A stretch of DNA of 60,177 nucleotides, the filler included, from Hausera hauseri (taxonomy: Eukaryota): NCBI GenBank assembly GCA_046269625.1. It is 12 parts of 12 records of this genome, joined end to end, with 100 filler letters (N's around TTAATTAATTAA, not from the genome) between each part and the next. Parts side by side here need not be neighbours in the genome. Positions count along the whole stretch, not along the records: positions 1 to 4,481 come from JBJURY010559673.1; positions 4,582 to 10,359 come from JBJURY010191194.1; positions 10,460 to 16,312 come from JBJURY010179306.1; 9 more parts are not named here. One strand, given 5' to 3'. Position numbers and translations under genes: made by a program. Shown here piece by piece: positions 1-12,477 of this stretch. The notes beneath the pieces are model-generated. The model did not search any database and was not told the origin of the DNA. It was given only the letters and a program-made list of their open reading frames with translations. How positions within the stretch are numbered: the first letter of the stretch is position 1; each line of letters opens with the position of its first letter.

Positions 1-480
1 GACGGCTCTGGATAAATTAGCCGAACTGGCAGATAAAACATATGAAGTTTTGAACCTAGACGCACAGCCCATCATTTCTGCAGCTGCTGGCAACAATAAT
101 TCTGCATTAGAACAACAATTAAATCAATTAAGGCCCGAAAATGCGACATTACAGACACCAGTTAATAATATTAATAACAGATGAAATGAAATTTCATTGA
201 CACAATGAAGTGGCCAATCACCTTCAACTGTACGATCACTGATTTGCTATTATCACGATAAGTTTGATAATAAAGCACGACAGTGCCATTTAGGGTGCAA
301 ATTTTATATCCAGAAATATCGTACAGAAAACATCGTTTGCACATATGATGCAAAATTTAGACATAATGCACGCAGATGCATTGCAGGTTGCACTTTTGAA
401 AACAAACCCTATCATGCAAATGACGTGCGCAACCCTCCCTTCTAACAGTCGCCCTGGTTCTCCTCTTTCAAAAAACTAAC
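1..480 (+). pseudogene. gag: Gypsy gag C-terminal remnant
   Basis: ALDKLAELADK motif shared with the gag at 28766-29251; Cys/His knuckle-like remnant near 325-395. Confidence 0.75.
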
Positions 481-556
481 TTCGCTGCCAGAGCTTTTAG
501 CAAGCACTGGCGAAGGCCACTCTTCACTTTTTAATAGCCGAAAAATTTCTTTCGCT

Positions 557-3500
557 GTGTTCACGTTAAAAGCTTCTACCATCGCACCGACGCCTCAACA
601 TATAAACTTCCTTGTCAACACAGGCGCAGTGATATCGCTCCTACCGCTCACCTTTCCCATTCAAAACGTTACATCTAAAGTAAAATCTCTTTTTACAACT
701 TCCGGACAACCGTTGCATGTTTCCGGAACTTCTACACTTTACTTCACCTTACCAAACTTCTCTGAATTTCGTTGGACATTTACAGTCGCAAATGTCCAGA
801 CGGCCATTTTTGGGTCCGATTTTCTGTCGCACTACAATCTTCTGGTGGATTGTAAACAACGTTGTTTGAAAAGTACCTTCAGTAAAATTCAAACCAAACT
901 GATGAATAGCGTCTCAACCGCAGCACGGATGAGTATCGCACGGAAGTCGGTTTTGAAAGTACCAGCTAATAAACCAGTTATTTCCCATAATTATGATATA
1001 TTTCGTAAATTAATAAAATACGATATCGACAACGAAGCAAGATTAAACATGGACAAGCGTGATTTCGTCACCATAGCATAAACATAGGACAGAATCACTA
1101 CCTCAGATACATTTTCCAATACATTCAGTCTACCTCAAAACTTTCCAGATGTTGAGCCATTGAGTAACTTTCAAATTTCAATTATTAATGACAACGTCAT
1201 TTGACTCCCGCCTGGTCTTTCACAATTGCCGAAAAATCTGCAACAGTACCTTAATACGTCATGTAGTCGCGTACTTAAAAAGGATAGATCTTTCACACCA
1301 AAAATGGCAGTTTACACCACATTATTACACAACACCAAAGACCCATTCGTCAAAAGGTACGACCATTATCATCCAGACAGACAGGCAGTTGAAGCTGAAT
1401 TCGCAGACTTTGAACGCTCCGGGATTGTACGCCGTTCGAAATCGCCTTGGTCTTTTTCTTTACATGTCGTGCAAAAAAGGCCGGATCGTGGCGACAATGT
1501 GGTGATTATCGGCAGCTAACCTCTTTGACTATAATGGACGCTTATCCCTTACCATTGATAAAAGACATATTATATCGTCTCAATTCCACCACTGTCAATT
1601 CCATTATTGACTTGGCCAAGGATTATCACCAAATCCCGGTGGCACCCAAAGATGTCGAAAAAAGAGCCATTACTACACCTGTCGACGTTTACAAATATTT
1701 ATATATGCCTTTTGGCCTACGGAATGCCGCACAAACTTTCCAGCGTCACATGGATGCAATTCTTTCTGATCTCCTTTATGCTCATCCTTACGTTGATGAT
1801 ATTCTAGTTGTTTCTTCATGCATTAAACATCATGAGAAACATCTACGATCCATCTTTCACCGTTTACATCAATGCAACCTGCAGATAAAGTTTACAAAAT
1901 GTGATTTCTTTAAACGATGCATAAATTTCCTCGGACACGTTATCTCTCCTGAAGGGCATTCTCCTCAGCCTGACCGTGTCGAAGCCCTCAAAAACGTACA
2001 ATTATCGCTTACAACCACTGAAATGAGGAACTTCCTGGGTATATTGCACTTCGTCCACAAGTATGTTCCATATTGCTGGAGTTCTTTTCACGCAAACTAT
2101 TACCTCCTGAAACCAGATACTCCACGTTCGACCGAGAACTCCTAGCGATAGTTCTCGCCTTAAAACATTTTTCACATTTGCTTACTGATCAGCGTTTCAC
2201 CATACAAACTGACCATAAACCCCTAATAAACATCATGGCGATGAAACATCCTTCTATTCAACAGGAACGGTAGATTTCGTACTTGTCGACATTTAATTTC
2301 GAAATCAAACATATCAACGGAGTTAACAACTTGGTCGCTGACTTTTTATTTCGGTCAGTAAGCTCAATTAACTTTAGGCCTATTTTCACTCAAAACCAGC
2401 TTCAGGAAAACCAACCATCACAAGACATCCTTAAATCTTTTACTTCCTGCAATATCATTGACTGCGTGGCTCTCGACACGTCCAGACAAGGAGAGCCTAA
2501 AATAATCTTAGCTCGTGCCTTGCAAAAACCGGCATTCAACAGTATACATTCCCTACATCACTCTGGTGATATAGCCACTTTTTGCTTGCTCCACCGACAG
2601 GTAATTTGGCCGTCTATGCGTTCTCATGTGCAAGTGTGGGTTAAGGAATGTGTGGCCTGCAAGAAATTTAAAACCATCAAACATTTGAAGCCACCAATAT
2701 GTCATTTTTATTGCAAATCGCGTTTCAAGTCCGTACACAGATCTTGTTGGTCCGCTTCTTCCTGACAACGATCATCGGTTCATTTTGACCATGATGGACC
2801 GTTCTTCCCGATGGCCAGAAGCTGTCCCTTTGCGGAGCTCTAACACGGATAAAATAGCCGACGTTTTCATACGCACTTGGATCAGCAGGTTTGGATCCCC
2901 TAGGTTCATTATTACGGACCAAGGTACTTAGTTTGAGTCCAAATTGTTTAAATCACTCGTTAACTGATTAGGAATCAGCCATATACACACAACACCATAT
3001 CATCCCCAATCGAATGGCCTTTTAGAGAGATTCCACAGAACACTGAAAACGTCACTGAGAATACTCGCTGAACCCAATAGCAGTTGGACTGCTTTTCTTC
3101 CGTTAGTTCTACTGGGTTGGCGAAACACTCCTTCCACTTCTACAGGTAGTTCACCTACGGAAACCCTATTCGGAGCACCTGTCCGTTCATTATTTGAGCT
3201 AACTGTCTTGGAAGATACACCTACAGACGAAGCTATCCAAACGGACAGGACTACTTTGTCGCAGTCAGTAAAAATTCATTCTGCAGAATACTACATAACA
3301 ATAAAACATACCTACCGAGGATTTATATTCTGCAGTTTGTCTGGGTGAGAAACCAGACGCCGTACGGTTTTCAACCGCGTTATTTGGGGCCCTACAAACT
3401 TGTTCAATTGCACTCTCACAATGCCATTATTTTTAAAGACGGTAAGGAATTAGCGGTGCATATCAACAACGTCAAGCCTGCCTTTTTCGTAGATGAAACC

Positions 3501-3600
3501 CCCCAATATGAATCTTCTACCCCCTTTCTAACTCCTTCACCTATCCCTTTTTTGGTCTCTACGCCCCTGTACCTTTTCCCATTCTGATCCATACTTCTAC
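557..3600 (+). pseudogene. pol: Gypsy pol (PR-RT-RNase H-integrase), fragmented, with an internal deletion near 2075 between RT and RNase H
   Basis: ORF fragments 557-1081, 1447-2145, 2073-2273, 2283-2765 and 3345-3587 carry the standard motifs; the connection region present in the copy at 26700-26900 is missing. Confidence 0.93.
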
Positions 3601-3940
3601 TCCCTTCCCTGAACCTGCTGCAAACTCCCCTTCTACAAACCCAACATCCTTTACTTTCTTTTCTCCTGCATCTCCTTCTCCAAATCCTTATTCGTCCTTG
3701 ACCGACACAGCACCTTACACGACATAATTCGACATTGTTTTACCTCAATCATCTTAGCAATCAGATACAAAGACATCGAAAAATCGCAAATCAGTCACAT
3801 TTAGTACCTACAGTAGGGAATTAAACACTGAAGGGATACAGCGTCTTATACATACGAAGACCACTTAGGTAGTCCACACTGTTCCGTTTTTGCGTTTGCT
3901 TTCTTACTTCATTCTATTTTTATAGTTTACACTTTGCCAC

Positions 3941-4481
3941 GGGGGGTGATGTTGTGCCCAACAAGAGCTGTGCTCTTTGGTCTCCTTTTCCTTTTAGAAA
4001 TATATAGAAATAGTATAAACAACAATAAATGGAAATGTAATAATATATAAATAATATTTAATTGCCGACGATTTTATGTGCTGTTGTCTTTTTTGTCCCA
4101 TCGTGTTAGAAGATAAGTAAATGTAGTTATAAGGTTTGTAATTATGAAATAAAGAATATTAATTTAAAGTTCAATAAATATTTGTAGTAATTAGTGGCTT
4201 TAGTTTGTTGTTTCATTTTGGATATTTTTGATCAAAATTTGGTATGCGACTCAGTGTACAACAGAAACTGCAGTGGGCTCGCCGTTTAGTCGGACATATA
4301 AAATCGATGTAGCCTTAATTTCCTTGGATAACAAAATTGACGCTGTCACATTCAAACATATTTTGCAATGATCGTCTAAATCAGGCGTCAGAAAATTACG
4401 ACCTGCGACTTGGTTTTTCTGGTCCGCACTAAGTTTCAAGTGTACTATTATAATTTGGACCGCAAGCCTTATTTTGCATTT
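3941..4481 (+). repeat. Polypurine tract (3941-3949) followed by 3' LTR starting TGTTGTG at 3950; truncated by contig end
   Basis: TTGCCACGGGGGG..GA|TG matches the PPT/LTR junction of the related copy at 50186-50203. Confidence 0.8.
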
Positions 4482-4581
4482 NNNNNNNNNNNNNNNNNNN
4501 NNNNNNNNNNNNNNNNNNNNNNNNNTTAATTAATTAANNNNNNNNNNNNNNNNNNNNNNNNNNNNNNNNNNNNNNNNNNNN
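4482..4581. other. Artificial contig-joining linker N44-TTAATTAATTAA-N44; identical copies at 10360-10459, 16313-16412, 21083-21182, 25480-25579, 30610-30709, 35385-35484, 40729-40828, 45720-45819, 49831-49930, 54681-54780
   Basis: Identical 100-nt spacer 11 times, with a core that puts stops in all six frames; the sequence on either side is unrelated. Confidence 0.98.
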
Positions 4582-4583
4582 AA

Positions 4584-4859
4584 GAATATCAAGAACAGTT
4601 TAAAAAGCAACATGACAAAAAGGCAAAACCGTAGGATTTAGAACTAGGAAACTGGGTTCATGTACACTATCCAGTAGCCAGGAAAGGCACCTCACTGAAA
4701 TTGACACGTACAGGCAGAGGACCGTACGAAGTTACCAGAGTTACGCCAACCACAGTATACATCAACAAAAATGGAAAGGAAGAAGTCGTGTCGGTACAGA
4801 GAGTTGTTAAGACAGAGATACGGCCAATAAACGTTATTATTTACGCCAACGCGAGATGA
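4584..4859 (+). pseudogene. Gypsy integrase C-terminal GPY/F domain
   Basis: KKQHDKKAKP*..GNWVHVHYP..KLTRTGRGPYEV..VSVQRV; one in-frame stop. Confidence 0.85.
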
Positions 4860-7800
4860 AAACTTCCTCAATAACTGCTAGACCAATATCATACGTTCAG
4901 ATAGTTTTAGCATTATTGTTGATCGCTTCTTATATTAGGAGGGTACAGACTCAATGGCGGCACGACGAATCTACGCTAGGAGATATATATGGAATTCGGA
5001 AGAGTGGATCAAGATCGGAACCTATTAAAACGAAAAAGAAACCAACAGCCAAAGATATTCAAAGACAATAAGATACTAAATTGTTGCAATCAATGACAAT
5101 TCATTATTACTCGCCAAACGCCGTATGTGTTGGATTAAATGCTTGTAGACCACACAACGATTTCGGAATATTTCAAATTGTCTTAGATGATGTAACAACA
5201 AAAGAAGCAAAGAATTGTGATTTTAAACCTGGTGAATATACGCAATGTTGCGACATAGATTTTTGGATGCACTTATAATCTCACTTACCGTTTATATCTA
5301 CCGGACTCATCTGAAGCTTCTATTGAATCCAAACCACAATTCCAATTAGTTATCCCTGCATGGAACAGACATCATGGGATAAAACCTACCGATATGCTAC
5401 GATCCACTGACCATGATATAAAACTATTATACGAAAATATCCAGAGAATCTCTGTAAACAAGCAAAAACAATGAATCCAAGTAGACGCCCGGACAGAGCT
5501 AACTGTCAGCCGAGAAATTAGTATCACATTCCAAGCGGTAATCGGACCAACCCCGAAAATAGGATATTGTTTTATTCGCTCAGGTGTACAATACCCCTGT
5601 TGCAAACTGCATGTGAACCAGGAGTTTAAAATAAAATTTGACTTATACGAGGTACGACCTAATAAACCAAGTATACAATTACGAACCTATTATCCAGAAA
5701 ATAGAATATGGAAGATTTTAATGAGAACTATGACCAGAGAGTCAACTACTAAGGCTAGTTCTACTAACCGAACTGTTGCAGCAAGTAACATACCTAAAGC
5801 AGAATTGGAAAGCGTACCTATTAGATATTCGGTGCACCAATTTAAAATCGTGTTTTAGTAGAAAGGAAGCAAAACTACGATATACACATAAGTTGTCGAA
5901 CAATACATAATAATCCATTTGTAACCTTATTCAAAAATAATCATCAAACAGAATGCAACATGCTAATACCACAATCCGAATATAAAGTACAAGTATATGC
6001 AGAGAATGAGCAAAACCAAACAGTTACATTACGTACCTTAGACGAAATTCGTATAGAACCCCACTTATGAAAATAGAGATGATGAAACTACGTCTCTAGT
6101 TACTACTCAAACACCATTATGATTAACCACCTTACCTATCGTATCCATTGTAGTACTGTCAACGTTTGTTCTCATTTGTTTCATCGCGATTTTTTGATTA
6201 GTTGCCAAAAATCATTATTATAAGCGTTCTAGAAATTTAGAATGGAAATTAAGGGAATTGGGAAACCCTATAGACCCGTATGATAAAATAACCTGACAAT
6301 TACAGATTAGATTATTCTGTCACCAAACAAAGGATTGGTTTTGGGTTAAAACCACACTTTGTTTTATGATTAACCTTTATGCTTTTTTCAGATTGGTAAG
6401 TAATCAGATCGAAATAAACACGAGCCGACTTAGTATCGACGGATTTTTGCAACGATATGTGTCCGTCCGGATCCCAAATTCCAAATCTATTTACAGGCAG
6501 ATCAACACGGAACTACAAGGGAAAACCTTCATTCAATATGAGAAAGTCAATAACATTCCTGATAGCCTTAAACGGACCACGGAAGAAGCCAGGACAACTT
6601 AATTATATGTATGGTGAGAAGATAGAGATGCGAAGGCATATAATCTACAGCAGATAGCCCATTACGAGATTGACAAAGAACAAAAAATATTCGTATACAT
6701 GGCCGACGGAGAAATTTATTATCGGTTGAAGGACCAAAAATAGGATTCGTTTCAAGGGCGACAAAGTAGATATAGCACCTTTGCATTTAATAGCAAGGAT
6801 TTCCGCGGCCACAACTATGAGTTGGAATTTCGCATAGCTGCATTACCAGTGAAACTAATGGTTGAAATAACCGAATAGGAAACAACAAAGACTTCATTGC
6901 CGCCCTTAGAATTCAGACAAAGGCCCACTGAAGAAGAACAAGACGCACACCTACACTCATTTAGACTAGTAACAGATGACAGGAATATCAAAATTGTCGC
7001 GAGAAATTATGGGGAAGGAGACGAAGGAAATTATATTCCAATTGAAATATCTACAAGATAGGTAAACGGGGCCGAGGTCTATTCGAAAATCATTAATCCA
7101 AGAAAGAAAGTTCAGGAAACCTATGCAGAAGTAACCGGACTAAAAAGGGAACAGTTAATCCATGGAAAAGATTCAAGATTAGTGCAAGAAGAAGCAGAAC
7201 ACTGTCTATACGGTTACGTCATAATGTGGTATTAAGTAGAGAGAATGATAGAGAAATTAAAGATACCAGTAACACACATAGCCGGGATAAGAGAGATAGA
7301 GCCCCACCCAACTGTGATGGAACAAATGGAAATCAAAGTCAAGGAGAAAAAAGGTCATCTACCGCCGACCGTGGATGGCCGATTTAAATCAATGATAAAA
7401 GCAATGAGTGGAGGACACATTAAAATAAGCCGACTGTTGACCGCCAGTCAACGATCCCAGTATCTAAGAGACATAAGTGCTGGATTAAAGTGGGAACATG
7501 AATGGATTCCCAGTAATCCCGGGAAGAACCTACGGAGTTTTCCAAAACTTGAAGGAATCAGTACACGATATAGAAAACATTTCCGTCAATACTCTCCGCC
7601 GAGGAATGTTGAGATTACGCCGAAGTGGAATTATCATATAACTATCCCAGGATTAAAATCCAAAAGAACGGAAGATAAACTTCAAACAGACGAGAAGCCT
7701 GGTACTAGTTTTGCAACCAAGCCGGTTGAAAACCGTAACGAGTTCAAGATACCAGAAATTACGAAAAAGCGCATTAAAAAGGAAAAAACCAAAGGAGATG

Positions 7801-7934
7801 AAATCGAGAAAACGATAAAAAAACTTCCGACTTCTATAATCTATTCAGGAAAAAGAGTAAAGAAAGAGAGAGGGACCAAGAACAAGATTGTGAATACAAA
7901 AGTAAGAAGCCAACCTGCAAAGCGGAAGGACTAA
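4856..7934 (+). pseudogene. Decayed accessory ORF in the env position: signal-like peptide, Cys/FN3-like ectodomain, TM (~6125-6205), DEDDh-exonuclease-like fold (~6985-7480), Lys-rich tail
   Basis: Hydrophobic N-terminus IVLALLLIA; C-x9/10-CC motifs; LIPQSEYKVQVYAEN (FN3-like end); TM; VNGAEVYSKIINPRKKV..YAEVTGLK matches the 919-aa ORF at 13523-16282. Confidence 0.7.
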
Positions 7935-8519
7935 GTAATCAAGAGGAGCACACAACTAATCAACGAAGAACAAAGCAAACTAAAGAAACACCGGATAAAA
8001 CCAAGTAGCGAATAACGGAAATAAATATATTGCGGAATAAAAATTCCACGGACAATATACATTACGCCATTACGGAGAACTACCCTAGAATGTTGGTAAC
8101 GACAGAATGCTATAGTCAGCAAAAGATAAAAGAAGCAATGTTTTTTGTCAAGACTACACCCGCAAGACAAGTTTACGAAAATACCTACGTCTGGGAGAAT
8201 CCAAAAATATGACAATATATCAGCCCAATCTTTCAATCTAAAAGAAATGGAAAACTTATAGTTCCGGTGGATAAATCTGTAAAATTGCTACTCAAGGAAC
8301 AAAATCAAAAATACCGATCGACTGCTGAAATTCCCGATTTAGATCGAGATACTATCAGCGATTGGACCTTAGTATCCGTGATCCCAAAAAAAGTTCAATT
8401 AATATGAAACAAAAAAGAATATATGGTTATCTATATCAGGATGAAGATGGTCTAGTGATAGAACCCATTGAAATTATGATAAGAGTCTATTTGGATGATG
8501 AAAACATGGCAAAGGAGGA

Positions 8520-8680
8520 AAAAGAATGTCCAGTATGCGAAGCTAATCTCAAACAATACTGTGATTTTGGACAATCAGGACAGTCGACATAAATACTGTT
8601 AGGATTGCTTGGAAAAATGGACACTAGATAACGGCAAAAGTACATGTCCAGTCTGTAGAGCAGAAGCTACAGACCTGAAA
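8520..8680 (+). pseudogene. RING-HC zinc-finger remnant upstream of the PPT
   Basis: ECPVC ... (frameshift) RHKYC*DCLEKW ... TCPVCR. Confidence 0.75.
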
Positions 8681-8887
8681 TATTTTCCAATGGGAGCTAT
8701 ACCAGAGTAGTCAAAATAAAACCGTACCACAGTTACGAATTGGAAACGAATTCCAGAGAGCAACAAGCGAGTAAAAGCTTCGAACCCAGTTTAAGACAAC
8801 GGATGGACTTATTAAGATTGCCGCGTTCAGGCGTCACCTCTCCTGACGCAAAGGGCACATCCGAGGGTGCCACTCATGTAGGAGAAA

Positions 8888-9626
8888 TGTTGTAGTATAG
8901 ATGAGAGATGTTGTGGTACAACTGAAACGAGCATATAAGCAAATCTAAAGGCATTGTATATTTACTGAATTAGTGTACATAATTAGTTGTATGTACAGAA
9001 TATGATATTATATTTATTGAATAGAAAATTGAATGTATTAAATTAATAGAATTAATCGTAGGCTGTAGCTTATAATAATTAATAATAATGTGTAAAAAAA
9101 CAAAACCGTATTATGAATAACAAAATTGAATGGAGTTTTGAAAAATTTAATTATCGAAGACGAGACTATATAAGCATGGGAAGAGTTGAGTAGTTTGTAG
9201 TGTTGAAAAGTCGATAGACGACGAAATTAGAGAAGACTCAAGTTATTGCTCGAATATTGAACTGTGAAAGCAATTAAAGAGACAAATTGATACTGTGATT
9301 GATAATTCTTTTGGGGTAATTGTTGTTGAATATATTTCTTATTTGTGTCAAATTTTCTCATAGTTTTGCATCGCTTCTTAAAAGCGATTGGACTATCCTA
9401 AGGTTAAAATCTTCACTGTAAAATTATATAGACAAGAGGAGACTTAATCAACCATATTCGTACAGGACCGCAAGCGAGTACCCGCACTACTGAAAAAACT
9501 AATTGTTATAAGGTACATTCTATCTATTCGATAACGGTAGAACTTACCTACACTAAGGTACCTAAAACTTTAAGTGTAATCATTGTTATATAGTGAGAGT
9601 TGAATAGGGCCACCCAATATATAACA
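8888..9626 (+). repeat. 3' LTR (~740 bp)
   Basis: Follows AGGAGAAA purine tract; TGTTGTA...TATAACA imperfect inverted termini; TATATAA near 9167 and AATTAAA near 9272. Confidence 0.7.
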
Positions 9627-10605
9627 TATATATCAATTTTTGGACCGTGGGAAAGTTTTTATATTATCGATAAATTTTTTTCTTTAGTAGCTAAAATTTT
9701 TTGAAGGACCCACCTTGTGCAGAATGTCATTCTGCGTCGAATGGTGTATAAATCAACTCCATATGACGTTTCCCTGTTGTGCTATAGCACAAAATTGTAC
9801 TAATTTTGCATGTTTCTTCATAATATATCTAAAATTTTTTTGAAAGTTGTATCTTAAAGAGTTTAATTCTGCATCGAAATAGTCAGAAAGACGTGCAAAA
9901 TTTAATAATGATTAATAAAAAAATTGCCAAGTAAGTCAAAATAACGCAATTGGAGTTTTAAATGTAACAGCAGTTCGCTCTTGTTCAAGTATCTCCAATT
10001 ACTTTAATATCTTCCATATATGTCATATTTTGGAAACTTCTTACTTCCGCATCGAGAAAACTAACAGAAATAGTTCCATTTAGTCCTATTCAATTTTTAG
10101 CAAAATTTTACACTCTTGTGAGGATTTAGACCAGGCGTGGGAAAACTTTCCCATGAGCAGGTAACATGAAGAATTTATAATCAACGCGCAGGCTATACTA
10201 CAAATTTTAAGTTTCCTCGGATAAAGTAAACACGTCAAATTTTATAATGACATTTTTCCTTCAAGAAAACCAAGAACATTCCGTGTGATACAAATAGAAA
10301 CAGTGCATATTTATTGAAGACTGTTAATGAGAAACTGTTGGTGAATTTCCAACACACGTNNNNNNNNNNNNNNNNNNNNNNNNNNNNNNNNNNNNNNNNN
10401 NNNTTAATTAATTAANNNNNNNNNNNNNNNNNNNNNNNNNNNNNNNNNNNNNNNNNNNNACTTGTTATATTAATAAATATTTTGTGCAGAATTCTTTGTC
10501 TTCTGTTTTGTCTTAGTGTAAATTATTTTGTTGTTTTATTAAGTGACAAATTATTAAGTGTCAATGTTATTAAGTGACAATGGTATTAAGTTTGTAAAAC
10601 AAACG

Positions 10606-10766
10606 TGGGGTGGGAATAATGAAACCAAACCAATCAATATTGGGGGTGGGAATAGTGAAACCACAATCAAACCAATCAATATTGGGGGTGGGAATAGTGA
10701 AACCACGATCAAACCAATCAATATTGGGGGTGGGAATAATGAAACCACGATCAAACCAATCAATAT
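10606..10766. repeat. 42-bp minisatellite, ~3.5-4 copies
   Basis: Unit CCAATCAATATTGGGGGTGGGAATAGTGAAACCACAATCAAA repeated directly with no spacers. Confidence 0.92.
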
Positions 10767-11370
10767 ATTGATTATTGATTATTAATTTGTATATTTCCAT
10801 ATAAAATTCCCATACAATATTGATTATCGATCCTGGGGGGGGGGGTTGGTTTGGTGTGCTCACTTCCCCCTACTCACAATGATTAAAACTGAATAAATTC
10901 CAGCTTGCTGAATAGCTATAGTCAACAAAGAATAAAAATGAAGATAAAATTCCAATATGGAGACACGAAAAATCAAAAATCAAAATTCAATTCAAAAAGG
11001 CCCAGTCACGGGTGTACTTTATTTTGCTAAAACAAACTTCCCATTTTTGTGTTTAAATTGAATAAAAATCCGGAAAAGTCTGAACATGAAATATTGAATC
11101 CGTTAAAATTGCCACACGGACATTGTTCAACAAACCATGACGCACACTAATCGATTACATTATGCGTTGATTGGTTAAGCCTGTCTGTAAAAGCTCATCG
11201 AAATTTCGGCAACTGTTGGAGAATTATAAACATTCATATATCAATAGCACATTCCATGGTGACGTAATGAATGTTTATTAGCCTTGTTTTATGACCATCG
11301 TGGATGCTGCTGATGCTATATGTGCGTGTTGTCTCTAAATAAGTCGCAGTGGGTTGAAGTTCATTCGTGC

Positions 11371-12390
11371 TGTGGTCACATCCTACTGACTACACGTAAA
11401 TTTGTTAAATGAATTTTAATATTCGAAAATGTACAAAGAATTCAAGCAAAACAACAAAAACAAAGAGCAAATTCAAATAAAACAAGTAATATTGTTCACA
11501 GCTTGGTGTCTCCCGTTTTGTGGAATAACTAAAGTTTTTAAATCATGTGCAACTGTTAATTTGATCATTTCGCACAGGAGTATAACGACAATGTAAACCG
11601 GTGCTATAAATGATAGGATATAGCTTGCTGAATATACATTGCGCTGGAGCAGTGGTTCCTGTACTAATTTATAATCAGTAACAGATGAATTTGAGCATAT
11701 AGTTATTTCGAACGAAACCAAATTTGGTGGGTAAATCGGACGATTTTCTATTTTGATATTTTGTAAGTCCTGCATGGAATTCGACTTGAAATGAACAACA
11801 TAAATAGTAGTATGAAAAAATCTGAAATACACGGATAATGACTCAGAGGAATTTAAATAGATTAAAACAATGTCTAAAGAATACTCAGTCGATTGTTTGC
11901 AACCTAAATGACCGTTCAACTGACGAGTGGAGTTTGATTGTGAACGTTAAAATACATTTGAGAAAACGTTTCTGAGTGCAACGAAAGTCTTCTAGAAAAT
12001 CTGCTGTACACTGAAAAACGCAAAATTCGATTTGTAGATGGATGACAAATTCTGTAATGTTTGAAACAGTATGCTGAAAAATTCTGAATATTATATTTTT
12101 TTACGGAATCTCGGTAATCTCTACAGTACTGTTTTGCTTCAAAAATTTTGACACTTCTACGCTATTTTTCTGACGTGACTGTCAAGAAAGGTCTTTTTAA
12201 AGTTTGGAACTGTATCTTTTCATTTTATTCGACTAATTTCTTTGGCACACCAATCTGTGCGTTGACAACCTTTAAAATTGTTTCTCCGAGAGCGAATAAC
12301 GGGCCCAACTATGGGTTCGACGTGGCGGCAACGGAAACCCGGCCGCGCCCAACCAAATGGACCAGGGGCGCCGGTCGCTGGGTGACCACA
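11371..12390 (-). mobile_element. Solo-LTR-like element (~1 kb) with the conserved GC-rich LTR head at its right end
   Basis: Perfect 9-bp inverted termini TGTGGTCAC...GTGACCACA; 12300-12390 is homologous to the LTR head at 50095-50186; no target-site duplication seen. Confidence 0.55.
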
Positions 12391-12477
12391 CAGGGTATTC
12401 ATGGAAATCGCAATAAAAGCAATTTAGCTACAGCAGATTTTCCGTAAAATAGTTGTGGATTATTGCCAACTTTGTGT

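Larger units (their letters stand above)
1..4481 (+). mobile_element. Degenerate Ty3/Gypsy LTR retrotransposon (gag 3' end, PR-RT-RH-IN, PPT, start of 3' LTR)
   Basis: Domain order PR (FLVNTGA), RT (YMPFGLRNAAQTFQR, YVDDILV), RH (YSTFDRELLA, TDHKPL), IN (HH..CC, YHPQSNG..ERFHRTLK), GPY; many stops and frameshifts. Confidence 0.95.
4582..9626 (+). mobile_element. 3' half of a Gypsy element: integrase C-terminus, long accessory ORF region, PPT and 3' LTR
   Basis: Integrase GPY module at 4584-4859; purine tract at 8880-8887; TG...CA-bounded LTR. Confidence 0.85.

Noticed and set aside
4526-4537. Recurring TTAATTAATTAA palindrome as a biological motif
   Set aside because: Always centred in a fixed N spacer; it is an artificial all-frame stop linker
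10554-10863. Repeat array as a CRISPR, or its repetitive ORFs as proteins
   Set aside because: Direct tandem units with no unique spacers, no cas genes, eukaryotic context; the ORFs are by-products of a 42-bp period
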